Assembly: GCA_051294375.1 (NCBI GenBank)
Contig: CM119265.1
Location: 9,682,339 to 9,746,338 of the forward strand
Reading direction: 5' to 3'
Origin: Paraspadella gotoi
Lineage: Eukaryota > Animalia > Chaetognatha
DNA: 64,000 bases
The notes under the pieces are model-generated. The model did not search any database. It was not told the origin of the DNA and saw only the letters and a program-made list of their open reading frames with translations. Position 1 is the stretch's first letter. The number at the start of each line of letters is the position of its first letter. The position numbers and the translations under genes are program-made. Below are positions 57,401 through 64,000 of this stretch, piece by piece.

Positions 57401-59659
57401 GGAATTCAAGTTTCAATGGAACTAAGCTAGTAGAAGTAGGTTTTAATAGAAAAAGTAAAGATCAATTTTAATTTATAATTTAATTTGTATTTTTTATTAT
57501 TATTTTTAGATGCGCCGAGATTAAGAGCCACGCAAGTCTATCAAAAACTTTTTTTATTTTCGTTATATACGGTCGATTTTTATTTGACCTAAAGCTAATC
57601 TTCAATTTATATTTACTACAGTACCGGAAACCTAGAATGTCATAAATCTGTACATGGGATAACTTTTCCATTTATAGGATAATGGCTTTAAGATTTTATA
57701 GGACGTTGCCTGGATGTCTGGCTATTGCCCATTTAAGCAATTTTTTCAAAAAATAATCTTAAAACTACTTAAAAATTGGGTCAAAATTTTTTTAAAAAAC
57801 TTGCTTAGCTCTAATATATTTTAAATTTTTTTCTTAAATTTTGCTAACTTGTACTCAAGAGGGTTTGTAAACTTCTGTAGAAATATTGTTACTATCAAAA
57901 AGTTTTTTTCCATATTTATCAGTGTTAATATTTTAGATGGGGTCATTTTTTCAATGATACATAACTTCCTTATTTGTGAATATTATGGTTTTAAATTTTA
58001 GTAATAGGTGGGCCTTGGGTAGTCCTGCAATACATATATTTATTGATAAATCAACCACTTATTAATTATATTCATATCCATAGTCTATGATCTGGATCGA
58101 AAATTAGAGCTCTGGATAAGTTTTTACCATAGAGTTCATTACTGTTGGTCACTTTGTTGTCCATACAGTTGCTGACTCTCTTTCTGTCTCTTTCTCTTTC
58201 TTCCTTAACCAGTGCCGCGATTTCACTTTTCAGTCACATAAAATATCTTTCTTATCTGACGTCTCCTGGTTACGAAAAAAAAATATTTGTGATAGCCTCG
58301 AACGTGCAACCTTTGCATCTTAAACAACAATCAGAATTCTCTCTCTCACTTTAGCTTTTGCTCTCTAGCTCTCACTCTTTGCCTCACTCTCTCTATGTCG
58401 CTTTCTTTTGTTTCTGCATCAATTTCAGAACTTTTGCTCACTTACATTACATTACACACATTACAGTATTATTATTAAAAGCAATGATTCATAAAAATTA
58501 ATAGCAAATGATAAGAAAAACTGTCCTCCAAATCCCTCTTGAATACTTATGGAAAACATAAAAGAAAAAAAAAAGAAAAAACGAAAAATTAAAAAAAAAA
58601 GATTTCAGACCATGCTCACGAAGAATTATAATTTTGCATAAAAAATAAATAAATCAAAAAAATAAAAACATCAGATGTGACAAAATCGATTGGGAAAAAT
58701 CTGATTTTTTTCAAAATGCAAAATTATTTCTCAAGTTCCTTATTTTTAAATTCTCCATGAGACAAATGTTTTTTTTCGAAAATTTAAATATTCAACTTTT
58801 AATTAATTAAAAATCATTTTAGTATACTAAATTTTAAAATATTTTTATAAAAATGTATACCTAAAGTTCTAAGAAGATGCTTTTCCCAAAAATATTTCTT
58901 AGATCTTTCTTAAAACGCCAAACAAGTCACAGCCACAAAATGAATACAAAAACTAGAAAAAAGCAATATTGTTTTGTCATTCTGATTTAGAGATATTTGG
59001 TTGATTGTTATGCCTTAAATTTCCTTTAAATGAAAAAATAATAGGTTTAAAAGATAGCTCTGGATCTCTAGTTGTAAATTGAGTTTGAATATAACTTTTT
59101 TTAATCAACAAGTTTAACCCAGATTAATTACAATGACGATGGTATGAAATTTTGTCACCGTTTTAAGCTACTTTTAGCCTGATTTTTTACATATTTTGAT
59201 TATCTTTGCGATCTTACTGATTAAAAACAGTCATGGTAAAAAAAGCCTATGTTCTTTCGAATATAAGGCATATGTTAGTAATCAGACAGAGTAAAAATTT
59301 TGGTCACAAGATAAAGAATTTTGCATGAGAAGAGCGTGAATAAAATTTTACCACGAGACTGTGCACCGCGACATATATAAAAACGGAAAAAAATAATTGT
59401 GGGCGCGGGAGAAGAGAAAGAAGTAAAGGACCGACTTGACCCGACAAGGATACCCTCGGGGGACCGGTTGGCACGATCTAAAAAAAAAATGGATAAGGTC
59501 TTTGGTAACTCGTCTACAGGCCCTGCAGTGCGACGCTGATTGGACAGATACGGAAGGAAAATGTTGTTTGTCATGGATCATTTCAAGAAATCTTAAATGA
59601 AAAAACAAAATTGGTTAATCCGATTAATTTTATAATCGATTTAAAAAAAAACTTACCAT
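54482..59659 (-). CDS. XK-related (XKR) multi-pass membrane protein / phospholipid scramblase family
   Basis: Probable ATG-only first exon (59659-59657, GTAAGT donor). Exon from 56878 (LYVLDVYSDFDLGLAFLTTGNPVWGVTTLFLALGPGIV); exon ~56220-55967 with the XK signature LKLLEVLMESYPQACLQWYI; further TM exons ~55597-55435 and ~55107-54500. Internal junctions and the 3' end are uncertain. Confidence 0.78.
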
Positions 59660-61044
59660 TTTCCTCCTTGCAAATTAAAGGGACTTCAATCTGGACCAAT
59701 ACGAAAAGACTTGATTAAACTCGTAATTCTTTCACTGTATATTATTTTTATAATATTTATTAGTTAGAAAACTACTTGACGTTTATGTTGACTTAAAAAT
59801 GTTCCAATTTCCTAATTTTATAATCACTGTGGCTCTCAAGCGCGGAGTCACTTTTTTTCATTTTTTCGTCCAAATTTTAATAGTTTTTAATAATTTAAAA
59901 AATTTTAATGCTGATTGTAAAGTTATCTGATATAAAAATGAAAATTTTTGTTGATAAAAAATCGTTTGGTCATTAGTTATTATAAAAAAAATTCGTATAT
60001 AAACTAACTTATTTACTATGTTTATTATTTATCAACAAAACCGTCTTTCTTAATATTTTTCCCCCAAGCTAAAATTTTTATTTTTAAAAGATTTTAAAGG
60101 GAAAATATAATGATTATTATTAAAATATATATTATTATTGTTATTATTTAATATAATTCACTCAATTACTTGTGATTGGATGAAATGAAATTTTGTATGT
60201 GGTGAGGGAAGTGTGTGATTGAGCTGGATATAAAGTTTCGATGGAATCGTCCTAGTGGAAATAAGTTTAAATGGAAAAAACAAAAAAATATATTTCATTA
60301 TTTGAACACCAATTACTCATGAGTGGATGGGGCAATTGACCTGAAATTTTGTATGTTGGTAGGAAAGTGTGTGATTAAGCTGGAAATCAAGATTCGATGG
60401 AATCGTTTGAGTGGAAATGAGTTTAAATGAATATATATTAATTGTAAATGCAAGATGTATAAATTAATCAAATAATTAATAAGTTAATTAATCAATTAGT
60501 CAATTAATCAATCAATTATTAATTAATCAGTAAATTAGTCAATCAAAAGAAACATTTAGGATCAAGTTAATTAATAAATTGACTAATTAATTAATTAATA
60601 AACCTAAATTAATTAACATTAATTAATTATTAATTATTTAATTACCGATAATGATCGTGGGCAGATCCGACATTGTTTGCTCAAACTTATTTTTTATTCT
60701 GGTTCGTTAATAAAAAAAAATGAAGTATGAAAAATTATTAAATGTTTATAACATAGTAATTATCCTAGCTAGAATGTTACAAATTGGTATAAAAAAAAGG
60801 TAAGTATTATTTTAATAGTATGAAAAATTTTATAACCTGATTGCCCTTCGTTTCGATTATATTACGAGTTTTTTCGTATCACTTCAGATTGTAGTCCTTG
60901 TAAGACTGGGTATTGATGAAAAATCAGATCATTAATGAAAATTATTAAGTGAACGAGAGAAAAAAAATGGGGTGTGTTTTTACACCGTTAAAACCTGTCG
61001 CTTTCGGGTTTCGCAATGAGATTCTGCTCTTACGATGTCTCAGC

Positions 61045-61388
61045 AAAAAATAAAAAACAAGAACGGTGATTCCAATGTGTTGCGCCGCAGTGACTTTATT
61101 TTCACGTGTAATTCCTCTGATCACATATGACATGACATGACATGAGTAAAAAACTATCTTAGTCCTTGTAATTATGACATTCACTGCATCGAGTCTTTTA
61201 TTCCTTATATTTTTTTACAAATGAGCAACCAACTATAGGCGAATTAGATGCATTTTTAACGTAAGTGGGACAGACCGATGGACAAAGAATCCAACTTACA
61301 GACAGACATACCGATAGACCGACCGACAGACCGACCGAAAAGTGACTTATAGAGTTGCTCAGCAAGTACTCACGGCGTAACTAAAAAA
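61045..61388. mobile_element. Second copy of the HINE/DINE-1-like element
   Basis: Colinear with 14765-15158. Confidence 0.55.
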
Positions 61389-62634
61389 CCCGATAATTCG
61401 GTTATCGCAACCGATAGAGGGAAGTGGAGGAAGATGATTGGGAAGGGAAACATCAAAGTCAATATTTGGAACGGACGATTGAGGTGACGCGGAGTTCAGT
61501 CCCGGATGTTACTCTTTGGTACTTTTTGGGTAGTTACTGGATAGTCTTTCCTATTCTTAGTATTCATTTCTATGTTAAATACATACGTAATCTGCTTTCG
61601 ATATAAAAAGAGAGAAAAGTAAATATTAGATACAGTTTTAAGAAAAAACTAGTATGAGTAAACCAATGTCGGATCTGCCTACGGTAATTAAGTGGTAAGC
61701 AGCTAATCTGAAGATAAATGACGATAATTCTTTCAATTTGTGAAACTTTATATGGTGCTCAATCACACCCTTTCCTACCCACACACAAAATTTCATCCCA
61801 TTCTATTCATCCAATTATGAATAAATCCAGTGATAAGCAGATCCGACTACAAATTGTAATCCTTCTATCTAATTCTAAAGAACTAATCAGCAAGACTCTT
61901 GTCGGCTGTCTCTTACTAGTTTCTATAAAAAGTTTTTTTGAACTTTTATTTATCTTTATGGCTTTCAGTGTACTTCTTTTGAACTGTCAATTATTTGATT
62001 TCTGCGATTTTCCCGAATAAGAAACATACACGGATTTCAAATCTGAGCAATCAAGTTATCAAAAACTTTTTCACAGCCATAATGGCAGCCCTTTCCATTT
62101 TATAGTTTATTTTAGTTAAAACTTATAGAAAATAAAATTTTCAGCTTTGAAAAAAAAATGGAAAAGAACATTGATCTGGCATACAACTGTTACCTCACTA
62201 AACCTTGAAATATATTAATGAAAATTTTTTTTCATGCTCCCAAGACATTATTCTAACTAATGAATATAAAAGAAATTATAATATTTGTCACAATTTTTTT
62301 TACAATGAGTTTAAAATTTAATTATCAAATAAGAAGCGAAAAATTCTACAAAAAAAGCTGCTGGAAAGCAAGCGCACCAGTTGTTATGATGTAAAGTATT
62401 CTCAATTTGTTATATAGGAACATAAACGTCAAATATCAATTATATTGAGTCAGTTGAGAGTAATATCAAATATTTTAATTTCACTCCGTGTACATATCAA
62501 AGAAAGAATGAAAATTACAAATACTGTTTAAAATAGAAAAAAGTAATCATTAATTAATGCTGATTTTGAGTATTGACATAAAGAAAAAATCCAGTTTTGA
62601 TCTTAAATTCCTTGTTGGCGAAAGTTGGATTCGT

Positions 62635-62731
<97 letters not shown>

Positions 62732-63550
62732 TTCCGAGAACCGTATTTATTTGGATGATGCAACGTCTCTTGCTAATAGAATCATTCACGAACCAAGGAC
62801 ACGTTTTATATTACTATTACACCTATAACTATATACACCTTTTAATCGTGTTTAGTTGGAAATAAGTTCGTTAATAAATCAAATCTTTTCAACTCGAGAA
62901 ATTATACGCCTCGTTTCTCAAACAAAACAAAAAGGATTTTATATTTAAAAATTTTTTTTTCCTTTTTCTTTAAAAAACATGTTCCCGTTTTAATCATTAT
63001 TCCACGATTACATTATAGATCCTTGTCCTCCTACATTTTTGGTTTTTCCGATCTATTAATCTGCCAAGAAAAGAAATTTATTTCTATTGGTTGGAAAATT
63101 TAATAAGTTTGAGATGTGACAATCCAACTCTTGACTCTTGTCTCTCATTGGACGAGAGCGACGACGTCCCGCTTCTTTTGCCCGATTTTTTGAATCTTTA
63201 TCCTTGAATTTCGAGCGTTAAACCTCGACTTTCGCGAGAACCGTCACGCGAATTTGGATTGACGTTTTACTTTATTTTCTTTAATTGAGAAACATTTTAT
63301 AAGGATATTATATTCCTATATTTAAGAAAATAAAATCTCATCGAAACGGATGTTGCGATTAAGGTGACCTGAAGTTGAACGAACCAATTGTTTTCATTTG
63401 AGTTTTAAATTTAGGTAGGACGTTCGTCTAGACGATTAAAAAAAAACCGGTTCTCAAAAGGGCGAATTAAAACAAAGAAAATCAAAACCTTTCAACTTCC
63501 CTTCTATTCTTTAACGAAGAAAAAAAAAAAGGAAAACGAAAAAAACAAAA

Positions 63551-64000
63551 ATGAACATCGCGACGGACAAAACGGTGATGTCTCGCTACCGCGAGATCGA
63601 GCATGGCGACAAAGTCCTCGCCATGTACGTGTGGATCGACGGATCGGGTCAGAACCTCCGGTGCAAGACCCGAACGCTAGACTTTGAGCCCTCGGACCCG
63701 GACCAACTGCCCAAGTGGAACTTCGACGGTTCGTCGACGGGACAGGCGGAGGGGAGCAACTCGGACGTCAACCTCTACCCGGTGGCCATCTTCCGCGACC
63801 CGTTCCGCGGCGGTCGCAACAAGCTCGTCCTTTGCGAGACCTACGACTACCGCGACAAACCACAGGCCACCAATTACCGCTACCGTTGCAAGGGGCTCAT
63901 GGAACTGGCCAAGGATCAGCGGCCTTGGTTCGGGATCGAGCAGGAGTACACGTTGCTCGATATTGACGGACATCCGTTCGGTTGGCCCAAGAACGGATTC
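63551..64000 (+). CDS. GLUL: Glutamine synthetase type II, 5' part (runs off the window)
   Basis: [13 protein letters not shown]...[19 protein letters not shown]...[20 protein letters not shown]...FRDPFR...[26 protein letters not shown]. Confidence 0.97.
   Translation, partial: MNIATDKTVMSRYREIEHGDKVLAMYVWIDGSGQNLRCKTRTLDFEPSDPDQLPKWNFDGSSTGQAEGSNSDVNLYPVAIFRDPFRGGRNKLVLCETYDYRDKPQATNYRYRCKGLMELAKDQRPWFGIEQEYTLLDIDGHPFGWPKNGF

Noticed and set aside
60160-61820. Inverted repeats (60650-60690 vs 61650-61690; 60170-60430 vs 61735-61810)
   Set aside because: Probably oppositely oriented copies of a common non-autonomous DNA repeat; boundaries and TSD could not be defined.
63551-64000. Glutamine synthetase as a retrocopy (450 nt without an intron)
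   Set aside because: The gene is truncated by the window edge, so there is too little evidence.

Overview
This is AT-rich, microsatellite-laden animal (invertebrate-like) genomic DNA from a gapped draft assembly. Intron-containing genes reconstructed by eye: the 3' part of an NR2E (PNR/NR2E6-like) nuclear receptor; a small secreted, probably amidated amphipathic peptide precursor; a claudin/PMP22/CACNG-superfamily tetraspan gene with a nested secreted Thr-rich ORF; an ST6GalNAc3-6-type sialyltransferase; a CAP/SCP protein with a possible Cys-rich tail; a 10-exon cytosolic HSP70; an XK-related scramblase; and the 5' part of glutamine synthetase II. The main unexplained signal is in the repeats. 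At least four otherwise dissimilar small repeat families share a P5-permuted twister-ribozyme-like core with compensatory changes in both pseudoknots. Family A is a complete 656-bp TRIM-like LTR element (two 234-bp LTRs, PBS, PPT, 4-bp TSD) whose LTRs each hold a tRNA-like Pol III cassette followed by the twister core, plus three solo LTRs. Families B and C are short solo LTRs with the same promoter-then-twister layout. Family D is a ~324-bp tandem 'retrozyme-like' repeat with one twister per monomer. The folds were assigned by manual comparison with the known twister architecture; activity and novelty are untested. The 15.9-28 kb region has inverted and direct duplications that are probably assembly artefacts.
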